From: Tepidisphaera sp.
Lineage (GTDB): Bacteria; Planctomycetota; Phycisphaerae; Phycisphaerales; UBA1924
Reading direction: 5' to 3'
Length of the DNA stretch: 64,000 nucleotides
Assembly: GCA_050916045.1 (NCBI GenBank)
Contig: CP051526.1
Location: 1,568,001 to 1,632,000, forward strand
Part shown: one piece after another, positions 46,056 to 56,358 of the stretch
Position numbering within the stretch: position 1 is the first letter of the stretch
Layout of the letters: every line of letters starts with the position of its first letter
Notes under the pieces: generated by a model
Told to the model about the DNA's origin: nothing
Seen by the model: only the letters and a program-made list of their open reading frames with translations
The model's database searches: none
Translations under genes and position numbers: made by a program

Positions 46056-48065
46056 ATGGCCACGATTTCGAACACAGCGAACCCGATCCACGACGCCGAG
46101 CAGGCGGCGAAGAAGACGCAGGGTTGGACGGTCGAAGACTCGATGAAGCTGTACGGGATCCGCGAATGGGGCATGGGATACGTGGGCGTGAACGAGCTGG
46201 GTCACGTGACGATCATGCCCGAGCGGGACCCTGCGCGGTCGATCGACCTGCACGAGGTGCTTGAGGGGCTTCGCGATCGCGAGATCTCGACGCCGGTCAT
46301 TATCCGTTTTCGCGATCTGCTGAAGCACCGGCTGACGGAGATCCGTCAGGCGTTTGACGCGGCGATCGCGGAGCACCAGTACACGGGAACGTACTGCTGC
46401 GTGTACCCGATCAAGGTGAACCAGCAGCGGCAGCTTTGCGAAGAGGTGCGTGACATCGGCAAGGAGCTCGGGTTCGGCTTGGAAGCGGGCAGCAAGCCTG
46501 AGCTTCTGGCGGTGCTTGGTCTGACCGAGGCGGCGCCGGCGATGCCGATCGTGTGCAACGGGTTCAAGGACTCGGAGTTCATCGAGACGGTGATTCTCGC
46601 GACGAAGCTTGGCCGGCACATCATCCCGGTGGTGGAGCGGTTCAGCGACCTCGAGTGGATCGTGCACCACGCGAAGAAGTACAACGTGCGTCCGCGGATC
46701 GGCGTTCGGGCCAAGCCCAGCTCGCAGGGTACAGGCCGGTGGGAGAGCTCGGGCGGCATGCGGAGCAAGTTCGGCCTGACGGTCACGGAGCTGCTCCACG
46801 CGCTCGACTATCTGAATGAGCACGGCATGGCCGACTGTCTGAAGATGATCCACTTCCACATCGGGAGCCAGATCGGCGAGATCCGGAACATCAAAGCGGC
46901 GGTCAACGAGCTTTCGCACATCTTCTGCGAGCTCAAGAAGCTCGGTGCGGGCCTGGACACGATCGACGTCGGCGGCGGGATGGGGATCGACTACGACGGG
47001 TCGATGAGCAACAGCTCTTCGAGCGTGAACTACACGGTGGCGGAGTACGCTCGCGACATCGTGTATCGCGTGAAGTCGGTGTGCGACGCGGCGGGGTTCG
47101 CGCATCCGCGGATCATCTCCGAGAGCGGGCGCGCGATGGTAGCTCACAGCTCGCTTCTCATCGTGGACGTGCTCGGGAAGACCGACTTCCCCACCGATCC
47201 GGACTTGCAGGGGTGCGAGGGGATCATGAAGAGCGAGGGGGAGAAGCCGCAGCCGGTGCTGGAGCTGATCGACGCGTGGGAAGCGCTGGCGCAGCCGCGG
47301 GTGAATCTTGTCGAGGTGTATCACGACGCGATGCAGGCCCGGGAGGAGGCGATGAGCCTGTTCAATCTCGGGTATCTGTCGCTTCCGATGCGGTCGGCGA
47401 CCGAGCGGCTGTTCTGGTCGATCGGTCGGCGGATTCATGATCTGGCGTCGTCGAAGGGGGAACTGCCGGATGACCTGCAGGAACTGCCGCAGGTGCTTTC
47501 GGACATCTACTACGTCAACTTCTCGATCTTCCAGAGTCTTCCGGACCACTGGGCGATTGATCAGCTGTTCCCGATCTGCCCGATCCACCGGCTGAACGAG
47601 AAGCCGAAGCGTCAGGGCATTCTGGCGGACATCACGTGCGACTCGGACGGTCAGGTGGACAAGTTCTGCGACAAGCGGACGGCGAGCAAGCCGACGCTTG
47701 ATCTTCACGATCTCAAGCCGGGCGTGGATCGCAAGCCGGAGCCGTACCACCTTGGGATCTTTCTGCTGGGCGCGTATCAGGAGGTGCTTGGCGACCTGCA
47801 CAACCTGTACGGGGACACGCACGTCGTGCACGTCTCGTTTGATGATTCCGACGGCGTGGGCGACTGGGACCTGGACGAGGTCGTCGAGGGCGACACGGTC
47901 AAGGAAGTGCTGAGCTATGTGCAGTACGACACCGAGGACCTGATCAAAGCGATGCGCAAGGACGTCGAGCGGGCGGTCAAGGGCGGGCTGATCAGCGTGC
48001 CCGAGGGGCAGAGCCTGCTGAAGTTCTACGACCAGGGGATGGAAGGGTACACGTACCTGGAGTAA
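46056..48065 (+). CDS. speA: Biosynthetic arginine decarboxylase
   Basis: YPIKVNQQ (PLP Lys), GLEAGSKPEL, HFHIGSQ, DITCDSDG, terminal YTYLE. Confidence 0.96.
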   Translation: MATISNTANPIHDAEQAAKKTQGWTVEDSMKLYGIREWGMGYVGVNELGHVTIMPERDPARSIDLHEVLEGLRDREISTPVIIRFRDLLKHRLTEIRQAFDAAIAEHQYTGTYCCVYPIKVNQQRQLCEEVRDIGKELGFGLEAGSKPELLAVLGLTEAAPAMPIVCNGFKDSEFIETVILATKLGRHIIPVVERFSDLEWIVHHAKKYNVRPRIGVRAKPSSQGTGRWESSGGMRSKFGLTVTELLHALDYLNEHGMADCLKMIHFHIGSQIGEIRNIKAAVNELSHIFCELKKLGAGLDTIDVGGGMGIDYDGSMSNSSSSVNYTVAEYARDIVYRVKSVCDAAGFAHPRIISESGRAMVAHSSLLIVDVLGKTDFPTDPDLQGCEGIMKSEGEKPQPVLELIDAWEALAQPRVNLVEVYHDAMQAREEAMSLFNLGYLSLPMRSATERLFWSIGRRIHDLASSKGELPDDLQELPQVLSDIYYVNFSIFQSLPDHWAIDQLFPICPIHRLNEKPKRQGILADITCDSDGQVDKFCDKRTASKPTLDLHDLKPGVDRKPEPYHLGIFLLGAYQEVLGDLHNLYGDTHVVHVSFDDSDGVGDWDLDEVVEGDTVKEVLSYVQYDTEDLIKAMRKDVERAVKGGLISVPEGQSLLKFYDQGMEGYTYLE

Positions 48066-48107
48066 GGCCCGGCGTTCGACGCGGGTTGGTCGTGGACGGC
48101 GCGGCCA

Positions 48108-49748
48108 TTAGACGGCGGCGGTGGAGGCTTTGCCTGCGCCGGTCTGGTCGGCGGCGCTGCGCACAAGGTCGAGCAGTTGGGCGGTCGTGAAGGGTTCGGC
48201 GAGGGTCGCGTCAGCACCTTTGGGAGCGCCGGCGCACTGTTCGGCGGTCCCGACCATGACGACGCGCGTACCGCGGGCGGCGGCGAGTTCGAGAATGTCA
48301 GGCGTGGAAGCGACGAGGGAGCAGTCGACGACGAGGACGCCGGCTTTGGGTCCGGTCCGCAGGTCGTTCTGGAGGGCTTCGGCGTCGCGGTGGGCGCGGA
48401 TGGGCATCTGCAGGGTCGAGAGTGAGGCGACCATGATCTGTCTGGGGTAGGCCTGGGTGGACGCGACGATGAGGCCAAGGCCGCTGGGCTTGCGTTTGGG
48501 CGTGACTTCGGCCGGGGCGTTTGCGGCGGGCAGGGAGATGCGAACGGTGGTGCCGTGGCCGGGTGTGGAGAGGATTTCGAGGGTGCCGCCGTGGTCGTTG
48601 ACGATGCTGCGGGCGACGGGGAGACCCAAGCCGGTGCCGTTGCCGCGGGCTTTGGTGGTGAAGAAGGGTTCGCAGGCGCGCTGGAGGAGTTCTTCGGACA
48701 TTCCTCGGCCGGTGTCGGCGACGGTGAAGATGATCCTGTCGTCCTGGCGTTCGGCGGCGAGGCGGAGCGTGCCGCCGGAGGGCATGGCGTCCTTCGCGTT
48801 GATGGCGAGATTGATGATGGCTTGCTGGATGCGGTGGCGGTCGGCGTTGAGCCAGAGGTGATCCGTGGTTTTTGGCGTTTCGAGGACGATCGAAGCGGGG
48901 AGGAGGCCTTCGATCAGCGAAGAGGTCTCGCTGAGGAGATGGGCGACGGGCGTGGGGATCTTGGGGCTGTGCTCGTTGGTGCTGAAGGTGAGGAGTGAGC
49001 GGATGACGCGGCCGGCCTGTTCGGCGGCTTGTTCGACGCGGTCGAGGGAGGCGGAAGCGGCGTGGGACTCGGGGAGGAGGCGCTTGGCGAGGGCGATGTG
49101 GCCGAAGATGGCGGTGAGGAGGTTGTTGAAGTCGTGAGCGATGCCGGTTGCGAGCTGGCCGATGGCTTCCACGCGTTGGGCGTCGAAGAGCTCGGTCTGC
49201 ATGCGTCGGGATTCGGTGATGTCGAGGCCGGTGGCGACGGTGAGCGGGGGCTTGTCGGGCCTGCGGAAGGTGGCGCACCGCCACATGACGCGGTGTTTGC
49301 GGCCCTGCTTGTCGATCCAGTCGGATTCGCAGGTCTCGCCGTCTTCCTTGTAGTCGGCGGCGAGCACGCGCGCTTTGATCCTGTCGCAATCTGCGGGTGA
49401 GAGGATCGTGTTCCAGATGGTTTTGCCGAGGACCTCTTCGGGCTGGTAGCCGGTGAGTCGGACGCAGGTGGGGTTGAACTTGACGACGCGGCCTTCGTGG
49501 TCGAGGACGACGATGAGGGCTTCGGTCAGGGTGGCGACGCGTTCCAAGAGCTGGGAGCGAGCTTCGGAACCGCTTCGGGTGAGAAGGCCGGCGCTCGGCG
49601 GGAAGTCGGTCAAGAGGTCGGTTGGGGCGGACGCGGGGCGTTTCCAGGGGCGAAAGCCGAAAGCGAGCGCGAGCGCCAGCCCGGCGGCGAGGCCTATGGC
49701 AAGGCCGAGGAGGGCAGAGGGCGTGTCCACCGCGAGCAGGGGCATCAT
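48108..49748 (-). CDS. PAS-domain hybrid sensor histidine kinase with degenerate receiver
   Basis: PAS (TGYQPEEVLGK), IAHDFNNLL, NAKDAM, PFFTTK, GTGLGL. Confidence 0.88.
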   Translation of the reverse strand: MMPLLAVDTPSALLGLAIGLAAGLALALAFGFRPWKRPASAPTDLLTDFPPSAGLLTRSGSEARSQLLERVATLTEALIVVLDHEGRVVKFNPTCVRLTGYQPEEVLGKTIWNTILSPADCDRIKARVLAADYKEDGETCESDWIDKQGRKHRVMWRCATFRRPDKPPLTVATGLDITESRRMQTELFDAQRVEAIGQLATGIAHDFNNLLTAIFGHIALAKRLLPESHAASASLDRVEQAAEQAGRVIRSLLTFSTNEHSPKIPTPVAHLLSETSSLIEGLLPASIVLETPKTTDHLWLNADRHRIQQAIINLAINAKDAMPSGGTLRLAAERQDDRIIFTVADTGRGMSEELLQRACEPFFTTKARGNGTGLGLPVARSIVNDHGGTLEILSTPGHGTTVRISLPAANAPAEVTPKRKPSGLGLIVASTQAYPRQIMVASLSTLQMPIRAHRDAEALQNDLRTGPKAGVLVVDCSLVASTPDILELAAARGTRVVMVGTAEQCAGAPKGADATLAEPFTTAQLLDLVRSAADQTGAGKASTAAV

Positions 49749-49815
49749 GGCATGGTAACGGCGATCGGGGAGGGATCCAAGCCGGGGCGTACACCCTACG
49801 GGGCGGTTCGGCGCC

Positions 49816-51357
49816 TCAGACCTTGGGGGAAGAGTCGCCGAGGGCGGCGATGGCTTGGCCGTACTGGGCGCGGAGGGGCCCGACGACGTCCTTGAGGAAG
49901 CGTTCGGTCTGTTCGACGGAGCGGCCGATGTACTTCATGGGGTCCATGAGGCCTTCCCAGTTGAGCTCGGCGGAGAGGGGGCCGCCGCGGGCTTTGCTGG
50001 CGAAGTTGGTGTCGGCTTGGAGGCGGGAGAGGAGGTCGTTGTCGGCGCCCTCGTTCTTGACGCGGAAGCCGGCGGCTTGGGCGTGCTCGCGGATGACCTC
50101 GTGGTAGTGCTGGCGGTCGCCGCCGAGCTTGACGCATTCCATGAGGAGGTTTTCGGTCGCCATGAAGGGGAGCTCGGCCATGAGGTTCTTGCGGACCATG
50201 GCTTCGTGGACGATGAGGCCGCTAGCGACGTTGTGCATCAGGTCGAGGGCGCCGTCGAGGGCGAGGAAGGCTTCGGGGAGGGAGAGGCGGCGATTACTGG
50301 AGTCGTCGAGGGTGCGTTCGAGCCACTGGGTGGCGGCTGTGTCGTAGGCGTTGCCGACGAGGTTCATGACAAAGCGGGTGAGGCCGCAGATGCGCTCACA
50401 GCGCATGGGGTTGCGCTTGTAGGGCATGGCGGAAGAGCCGATCTGCTTGTCTTCGAAGGGCTCGTCGAGCTCTTTGCGGTTGCTGAGCAGGCGGATGTCG
50501 GTGGCGATTTTGTGGAGGACGGAAGCGGCGCTGGCGAGGTCGGCGAGGATGAAGGTGTCGATGACGCGGGGGTAGGTCTGGCCGGTGAGTTCGTGCACGA
50601 ACAATCGAAAATCCTGCCGTTCCCGCGAGGCGTGGAGGTATTTGAAGTCCAACCACTCGTTGGTGACATTCTCAATGAAGCTGTGCTCAAGATCGTCGAC
50701 TTTCGAAGCATCGCCACCAAAGAGTGAAAGAAAGCTGGCTTGTGTTCCGGTCGCTCCCCGAAGTCCTCTCAGCGATTTCGCAGCGATCAGGCTCTTCATG
50801 AGCCGTTCAAAGCAAAGTGAGAGGTCGTACGCCCAGCCTGCAATGCGACGCCCCACCGTGACCGGCTGCGCCGGCTGATAGTGAGTAAACCCGAGTGTCG
50901 GCAGCGATTTCCACTGGAGCGACTGAATGGCAAGAGACTCACCCGCTCGACCAAGCTTGGCAGCGATCAACTCGATTGCCTGTCGCAGCACCGTCAAATC
51001 CGCATTGCACACCACATCCTGACTCGTCATCCCAAGATGGATGATCCCCTTGGCCTTCGGGCAGCGGTCGCCCCAGGCGTGGACGTGGGCCATGACGTCG
51101 TGGCGGAGCTTGCGTTCGTAGTCGGAAGCGAGGGCCATGTCGGCGTCGGTGACGTCGAGGTTGGCTCGGAGTTCTTCGACCTGCTCTTTGGTGACGGGGA
51201 GGCCGAGTTCGTGCTGGGCTTCGGCGACGGCGAGCCAGATTCGACGCCAGGTCTGGAACTTGTGGCGCGGCGACCACAAGCGGAGCATCTCCTTGGAAGC
51301 GTTGCGTTCGGCGAGGGGGGAGGTGTAGGTGTCGAACTTCGACGTGGGGGTGGACAT
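49816..51357 (-). CDS. purB: Adenylosuccinate lyase
   Basis: RHDVMAH, GFTHYQPAQ, GSSAMPYKRNP. Confidence 0.95.
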   Translation of the reverse strand: MSTPTSKFDTYTSPLAERNASKEMLRLWSPRHKFQTWRRIWLAVAEAQHELGLPVTKEQVEELRANLDVTDADMALASDYERKLRHDVMAHVHAWGDRCPKAKGIIHLGMTSQDVVCNADLTVLRQAIELIAAKLGRAGESLAIQSLQWKSLPTLGFTHYQPAQPVTVGRRIAGWAYDLSLCFERLMKSLIAAKSLRGLRGATGTQASFLSLFGGDASKVDDLEHSFIENVTNEWLDFKYLHASRERQDFRLFVHELTGQTYPRVIDTFILADLASAASVLHKIATDIRLLSNRKELDEPFEDKQIGSSAMPYKRNPMRCERICGLTRFVMNLVGNAYDTAATQWLERTLDDSSNRRLSLPEAFLALDGALDLMHNVASGLIVHEAMVRKNLMAELPFMATENLLMECVKLGGDRQHYHEVIREHAQAAGFRVKNEGADNDLLSRLQADTNFASKARGGPLSAELNWEGLMDPMKYIGRSVEQTERFLKDVVGPLRAQYGQAIAALGDSSPKV

Positions 51358-51376
51358 GCCCGGAGGGTAGGGTTTT

Positions 51377-51772
51377 TCAGAGCCCGACGCGCAAGCGAGG
51401 GAGAGGCGGAGACGCGTCCTCGAGTTTCGAGGGACTTGGGCGGTACGGAGGGTGGCAGACCGGGTTGCCGCCGGGAGGTGGAGGTGGTTTGGGGGTACCT
51501 TGTCGATTCACCCTCGCTGGCGCGTCGGGCTCTGAAGGAAGGGGTGCCGCTGGGAGACGGAGGTGGTTTGGGGGCACCGTGTCGATTCACCCTCGCTGGC
51601 GCGTCGGATTCTGAAGGAAGGGGTGCCGCCGAGAGGTGGAGCTGGTTTGGGGACATGTTGCCGATTCACCCTCGCTGGCGCGTCGGGCTCTGAAGGAAGG
51701 GGTGCCGCTGGGAGACGGAGGTGGTTTGGGGGTACCGTGTCGATTCACCCTCGCTGGCGCGTCGGGCTCTGA
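51377..51772. repeat. REP array: one inverted REP plus four ~79-bp tandem units
   Basis: Core GATTCACCCTCGCTGGCGCGTCGG at 51505, 51584, 51663, 51742; inverted TCAGAGCCCGACGCGCAAGCGAGGG at 51377. Confidence 0.9.
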
Positions 51773-51783
51773 TAGGATTCGGG

Positions 51784-52254
51784 ATGGGACGGCCGCTGGC
51801 GTACCTGTTGACGTGGACGTGCTATGGGTCCTGGCTTCACGGGGATGCACGCGGAAGCGTCGATGCGAAGCACAGCCGGTACGGCACGGCGTTTCTCGCG
51901 GCTGATGTCGTTCGCGAGTACGAGGAGCTGCGGGCGATGCCGACGGGGCCGGAGTTGCTTTCGGAGGAAGCTCGGAGCATCGTGTTGGCGGTCATCACAA
52001 GGCACTGCGAGATCCGTCGTTGGCAGCTTCGCGCGGTGAACGTCCGCACGAATCATGTTCATGTTGTCTTGAGCACGGACGTGGAGGCGGACGCGTCCCT
52101 TGAGCAGTTCAAAGCGTGGAGTACACGGCGACTTCGCGAAGCCGGCTGTTTTGGAGCGAAACAAGAGGTTTGGACCGAGGGCGGAAGCAAACGGTACCTT
52201 TGGACGGAGGAATCTGTGGCGAGAGCGTGCGAGTATGTTCTGCATGGGCAGTAG
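51784..52254 (+). mobile_element. REP-associated tyrosine transposase (RAYT, HUH/Y1 family)
   Basis: YLLTWTCYG, HUH motif NHVHVV, FKAWST, catalytic Tyr in ACEYV; flanked by REPs. Confidence 0.85.
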
Positions 52255-52269
52255 GGGATGCGGCCGAGG

Positions 52270-52429
52270 GGGGGGTGCCGCCGGGAGGTGGAGGCGGTTT
52301 GGGGGCACTTTTTCGATTCACCCTCGCTGGCGCGTCGGGTTTTGAAGGAGGGGGTGCCGCCGGGAGGTGGAGCTGGTGTGGAGGCACTTTGTCGATTCAC
52401 CCTCGCTGGCGCGTCGGGCTCTGAAGGAG
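52270..52429. repeat. Two further 79-bp REP units
   Basis: Core copies at 52315 and 52394. Confidence 0.9.
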
Positions 52430-52435
52430 AATGCA

Positions 52436-53743
52436 ATGAAAGTCGTCATCGTTGGCGGGGGGTTTGGCGGGCTGAATGCGGCGAAGGGGCTTGGGCGGGC
52501 TCGGGTGGATGTGGTGCTTGTGGATCGGCGGAACCACCATCTGTTTCAGCCGATGCTGTACCAGGTCGCGACGGCGGGGCTTTCGCCGGCGCATATCGCG
52601 GCGCCGATCCGGTCGGTGCTGGCTTCGCAGAAGAACACGGAGGTCGTGCTCGCGGATGTCGAGCGGGTGGATGCGGGCAAGCGGGTGGTTGTGACGGACG
52701 CGGGTGAGATTCCGTACGACGTTCTTGTGCTTGCGACGGGGGCGACGCACTCGTACTTCGGGAAGGATGCGTGGGCGAAAGCGGCTCCGGGGCTGAAGAC
52801 GGTCGAGGATGCTCTGGAGATCCGCCGGCGGTTTCTGCTCGCGTTCGAAGCGGCGGAGCAGGAGAAGGACGCGGCCAAGCGGCGGGCTCTGATGACGTTC
52901 GTCGTGATCGGAGCGGGGCCGACGGGTGTCGAGACGGCGGGGGCGATCGCGGAGATCGCCAGGACGGTGCTTCGGCGGGACTTCCGGCACATCGACACAT
53001 CGCAGGCGCGGGTGGTCTTGATCGAGGGGCAGGACCGCGTGCTGCCGGCGGGGTTCCCGGCGGAGCTTTCCGAGCGGGCGAAGCGTGACCTTGAAGCGAT
53101 GGGCGTTGAGGTGCGGCTCAGGTCGATGGTGACGGATGTTCGCGGGGGCGAGTCGCCGGGCGTGACGGTGGGGGAGGCGGCGGGCGGGGAGAGGATCGAC
53201 GCTCACAACATCATCTGGGCGGCGGGGGTGCGCGGGTCGCCGGTCGGAGCCACGATCGGTGCCGAAACCGACAAAGCGGGTCGGGTCATCGTCGGGCCGG
53301 ACCTCTCCGTGCCCGGCCATCCCGAGATTTTCGTGATCGGCGACCTCGCGAAGGTCGTGGGAAAGGATGGGCAGCCGGTCCCGGGCGTCTGTCCGGCGGC
53401 GGTGCAGATGGGAGACTTCGTCGCGGGGGTTATCGCGAGGGAAGCGGCGGGCCAGCGGGGGCCGAGGCCGGAGTTTCGGTATCGCGACAAGGGGTCGCTT
53501 GCGACGATCGGTCGGTCGCGGGCGGTGGCTTGGCTTCCTGTGCTTGGCTCGCGGTGGAAGTTCGCGGGGTTCATCGCGTGGGCGCTGTGGGCGGGGGTAC
53601 ACGTGTTTTTTCTGATCGGGTTCCGAAGCCGAGTGATGGTGATGATCGAATGGATCTGGGCGTACGTCTTCTTCTCCCGCGGGGCCCGGTTGATCACGGA
53701 GTCGCCGGAATCAGGGCGGTCATCGGGGGCGAGAGCCGGGTGA
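52436..53743 (+). CDS. ndh: Type II NADH dehydrogenase
   Basis: VVIVGGGFGG, FQPMLYQVAT, IGAGPTGVE, DKGSLATIGR. Confidence 0.92.
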   Translation: MKVVIVGGGFGGLNAAKGLGRARVDVVLVDRRNHHLFQPMLYQVATAGLSPAHIAAPIRSVLASQKNTEVVLADVERVDAGKRVVVTDAGEIPYDVLVLATGATHSYFGKDAWAKAAPGLKTVEDALEIRRRFLLAFEAAEQEKDAAKRRALMTFVVIGAGPTGVETAGAIAEIARTVLRRDFRHIDTSQARVVLIEGQDRVLPAGFPAELSERAKRDLEAMGVEVRLRSMVTDVRGGESPGVTVGEAAGGERIDAHNIIWAAGVRGSPVGATIGAETDKAGRVIVGPDLSVPGHPEIFVIGDLAKVVGKDGQPVPGVCPAAVQMGDFVAGVIAREAAGQRGPRPEFRYRDKGSLATIGRSRAVAWLPVLGSRWKFAGFIAWALWAGVHVFFLIGFRSRVMVMIEWIWAYVFFSRGARLITESPESGRSSGARAG

Positions 53744-53878
53744 TCCGGCTGGTAATCGGGGGCTCGGGCACGATTGTGAGGGTTTTTCTCTGGAGGTCTT
53801 GGAATTTTGGCGTTCTTGTGGCATGATGGGCTTGCGACCGCCGTGGTGAGCGGCGAGTTATCACGTGGAGGATCCGCG

Positions 53879-54730
53879 ATGCGTTTGGTTGCCGCTTTGT
53901 TTTCCGTGGCGTTGGGTGCCGGAGTCGTCCAAGCGGACGTGGTGACGGTCGTCGCCGGTCGGGACAACACCCTCTTTCAGGATCCGTCGGGACTGCTTTC
54001 GAACGGGGCCGGGCCGGCGATCTTCGCGGGCGTGACGGCGAGCAACGGGTCTCGTCGCGGGCTCATGAGTTTCAAGGTTCAGGATTTCATCCCTGCGGGG
54101 TCGGTGGTGACGCGCGCGGAGCTGACGCTTTACGCGGATCGGGCGCGAGGCTCAGCGACTCCGATGGGGATTCACCGTCTGCTTGCGTCGTGGGGCGAGG
54201 GGACGAGCTTCACGGGTTTGGGGGGCGGCGTGGATGCGGAGCGTGGCGACGCGACGTGGACGACGCGGTTCTTCCTGATCGGGCCGGAGTGGACGACGCC
54301 GGGCGGTGATTTCGTCGCGGGTCCTTCGGCGCTGACGAGCGTGGGGAGCGCGTTCCGTTCCTATACGTGGAGCGGTTCGGGAATGGTCGCGGACGTGCAG
54401 CGCTGGGTGAACAACCCGGACGAGAACTTCGGATGGATCCTGAAAGCACAGGATGAACTGCTGACGGGCCGGGCCAAGCGGTTCGTGTCGCGCGAGGGAG
54501 ATCCGGAGAATCGCAGGCCCCGGTTGCTGGTTGAGTACACCCCGCCGCCGCCGTGCTTGGCTGATTTCAATGGCGACGGGTTCGTCGATTTCTTCGACTA
54601 CAGCGACTATGTGCTCTGCTTTGAGAGTGCCGAGTGCCCGGCGGGCAAGACGGCTGATTTCAACGGCGACGATTTCGTCGATTTCTTCGACTACTCGGAT
54701 TACGTCGTGGCGTTTGAAGCGGGCTGCTGA
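53879..54730 (+). CDS. Secreted DNRLRE-like protein with GC-terminated dockerin-like domain
   Basis: Signal peptide; DNTLF, RRGLMSF, FVSRE..RPRLLVEY; DFNGDGFVDFFDY x2, FEAGC. Confidence 0.8.
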   Translation: MRLVAALFSVALGAGVVQADVVTVVAGRDNTLFQDPSGLLSNGAGPAIFAGVTASNGSRRGLMSFKVQDFIPAGSVVTRAELTLYADRARGSATPMGIHRLLASWGEGTSFTGLGGGVDAERGDATWTTRFFLIGPEWTTPGGDFVAGPSALTSVGSAFRSYTWSGSGMVADVQRWVNNPDENFGWILKAQDELLTGRAKRFVSREGDPENRRPRLLVEYTPPPPCLADFNGDGFVDFFDYSDYVLCFESAECPAGKTADFNGDDFVDFFDYSDYVVAFEAGC

Positions 54731-54778
54731 GCCGAAGAGCCGGGACGCATCCGCGCGGGCTTCTGCGTTCGGAGACGG

Positions 54779-56191
54779 TCACTTCTTCCACGGGCCGGTG
54801 ATCGCGACCGTCAGGCCGCGTCCCTGGACGTTGGCGAAGAGGGTCGTGCCGTCGGGGCTGAAGCACGCGCCGGCCCATTCGTGGTCGTCGAGGTTGCAGC
54901 GGGCGAGTTTGTAGGGTGTGCCCTGCGGGGTGATGCCGATGAGGTGGTTCACGCCGGGCCCGTCTTCGGAGACGATGAGGTCGCCCCACGGGGCGGCGGT
55001 GATGTTGTCGGGGTAGTCCAGCAGGCTGTCGTTGCGGGGTTCGACGAAGAGGGTGAGCGTTCCGCCGGTTTCGATGGCGGGCTTGTTGCTCAGGGCTTCG
55101 GGCTGGTAGCGCCAGATCTGGCCGCGTTCATTCCGGCCTCCGCTGGTGCAGCAGAAGTAGAGCGAGCGGTCGGAAGCGGTCGATCCGAACCAGATTCCCT
55201 CGCCGCGGCCGAAGACGGCGGCGCCGGCTTGGCGACCCTCGGTACGGAGCGTGTCGCCGGGGGATTCGACGTTGTCGAGGGTGATCCAGGTGGCGGGGAT
55301 CGGGGTGTTGAGCGGCGTGTCCGGGCTTTCCTTCCAGTTGCGGGTGTCGTAGCCGGGGTTGTTCTTGACGACGAGGGCCTGGAGGATGCCGCCCGCGCGG
55401 AGGTCGCCGGGTTTGGTCGGGATGAAGCGGTAGAGGAGGCTGTCCTTTACGTCCTCGGTGAGGTAGCAGATGCCGGTGGCGGGGTCGAACGCGACGGCTT
55501 CGTGGCTGAAGCGGCCCATGGCTTTGAGGGGGACCGGTTCTGCGAGGCCGATGTCGGCCTTGGCGGGCACTTCGAAGACCCAGCCGTGCTCCTTGCCCGC
55601 GCCGTCCTTGACACCGACGACGGTTTCCTCGCAGGTGAGCCAAGAGCCCCAGGGGGTGGGCCCGCCGGCGCAGTTGAGCACGGTTCCGGCGAGGCTGAGA
55701 AAGTGACGCTCGAGCTTCTGGGTTTTGGTGTTGAAGACAAGCGTGGTGGTGCCGCCGCTCGCGGGGGTCGCGTCGCGCACGCCGAGGTCAAAGACGCGGG
55801 CGCGGTCGACGCGGCTGAGGCGTTCGAGTTGCGTGCCAAAGGCGCAGCGGACTTTGTCGTTGATGTCGAGCTCGTGGTTTCGGACGAGGATGGTGCGGCC
55901 GTCGGGTCCGGCGAAGGTCGCCATGCCGTCGTGCTTGCCAGGGACGAGGAGGCCGTCGTCCATCACTTCGCCAATCTGCGAGATGATCTTGTAGGAGAAA
56001 CCCTTCGGGAGGTCGCAAAGGCCGGTCGGATCGGCGAGGAGCTGGCCGTAGCCCGCGGGCTGGGCGCCGTTGTCGAGCAGCCGTTCGCCGAGGCGTTCGA
56101 CGCCGCCCGCGAGGGACAGGCGTCCAAGGCCGGCGAAGCCGAGGCTGAAAGCGGCGGATCGGACGAGGAAATCGCGGCGAGGGAAAGTCAT
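54779..56191 (-). CDS. phoX: Tat-exported alkaline phosphatase PhoX family
   Basis: RRDFL Tat motif; NCAGGPTPWGSWLTCEE, GRFSHEA, PDNI, FSPDGTTLFANVQ. Confidence 0.88.
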   Translation of the reverse strand: MTFPRRDFLVRSAAFSLGFAGLGRLSLAGGVERLGERLLDNGAQPAGYGQLLADPTGLCDLPKGFSYKIISQIGEVMDDGLLVPGKHDGMATFAGPDGRTILVRNHELDINDKVRCAFGTQLERLSRVDRARVFDLGVRDATPASGGTTTLVFNTKTQKLERHFLSLAGTVLNCAGGPTPWGSWLTCEETVVGVKDGAGKEHGWVFEVPAKADIGLAEPVPLKAMGRFSHEAVAFDPATGICYLTEDVKDSLLYRFIPTKPGDLRAGGILQALVVKNNPGYDTRNWKESPDTPLNTPIPATWITLDNVESPGDTLRTEGRQAGAAVFGRGEGIWFGSTASDRSLYFCCTSGGRNERGQIWRYQPEALSNKPAIETGGTLTLFVEPRNDSLLDYPDNITAAPWGDLIVSEDGPGVNHLIGITPQGTPYKLARCNLDDHEWAGACFSPDGTTLFANVQGRGLTVAITGPWKK

Positions 56192-56358
56192 GCGACCTCA
56201 ATCATGGCGGGCGTCCGAAACGGGATACGCCTGCGTTCGGACCGCGTTCCCGATGATAGGGACACCCTCTTGGGAAGACGGTCAAGAACGTGTTTACCAT
56301 CAGCGTCTTCGCACGATGCACATATTCGCCGGCGGGGCCGGTCTGGATGATCTTCCGC

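Noticed and set aside
51460..52430. CRISPR array
   Set aside because: Inter-repeat segments are near-identical rather than unique spacers; no cas genes; a RAYT is present.
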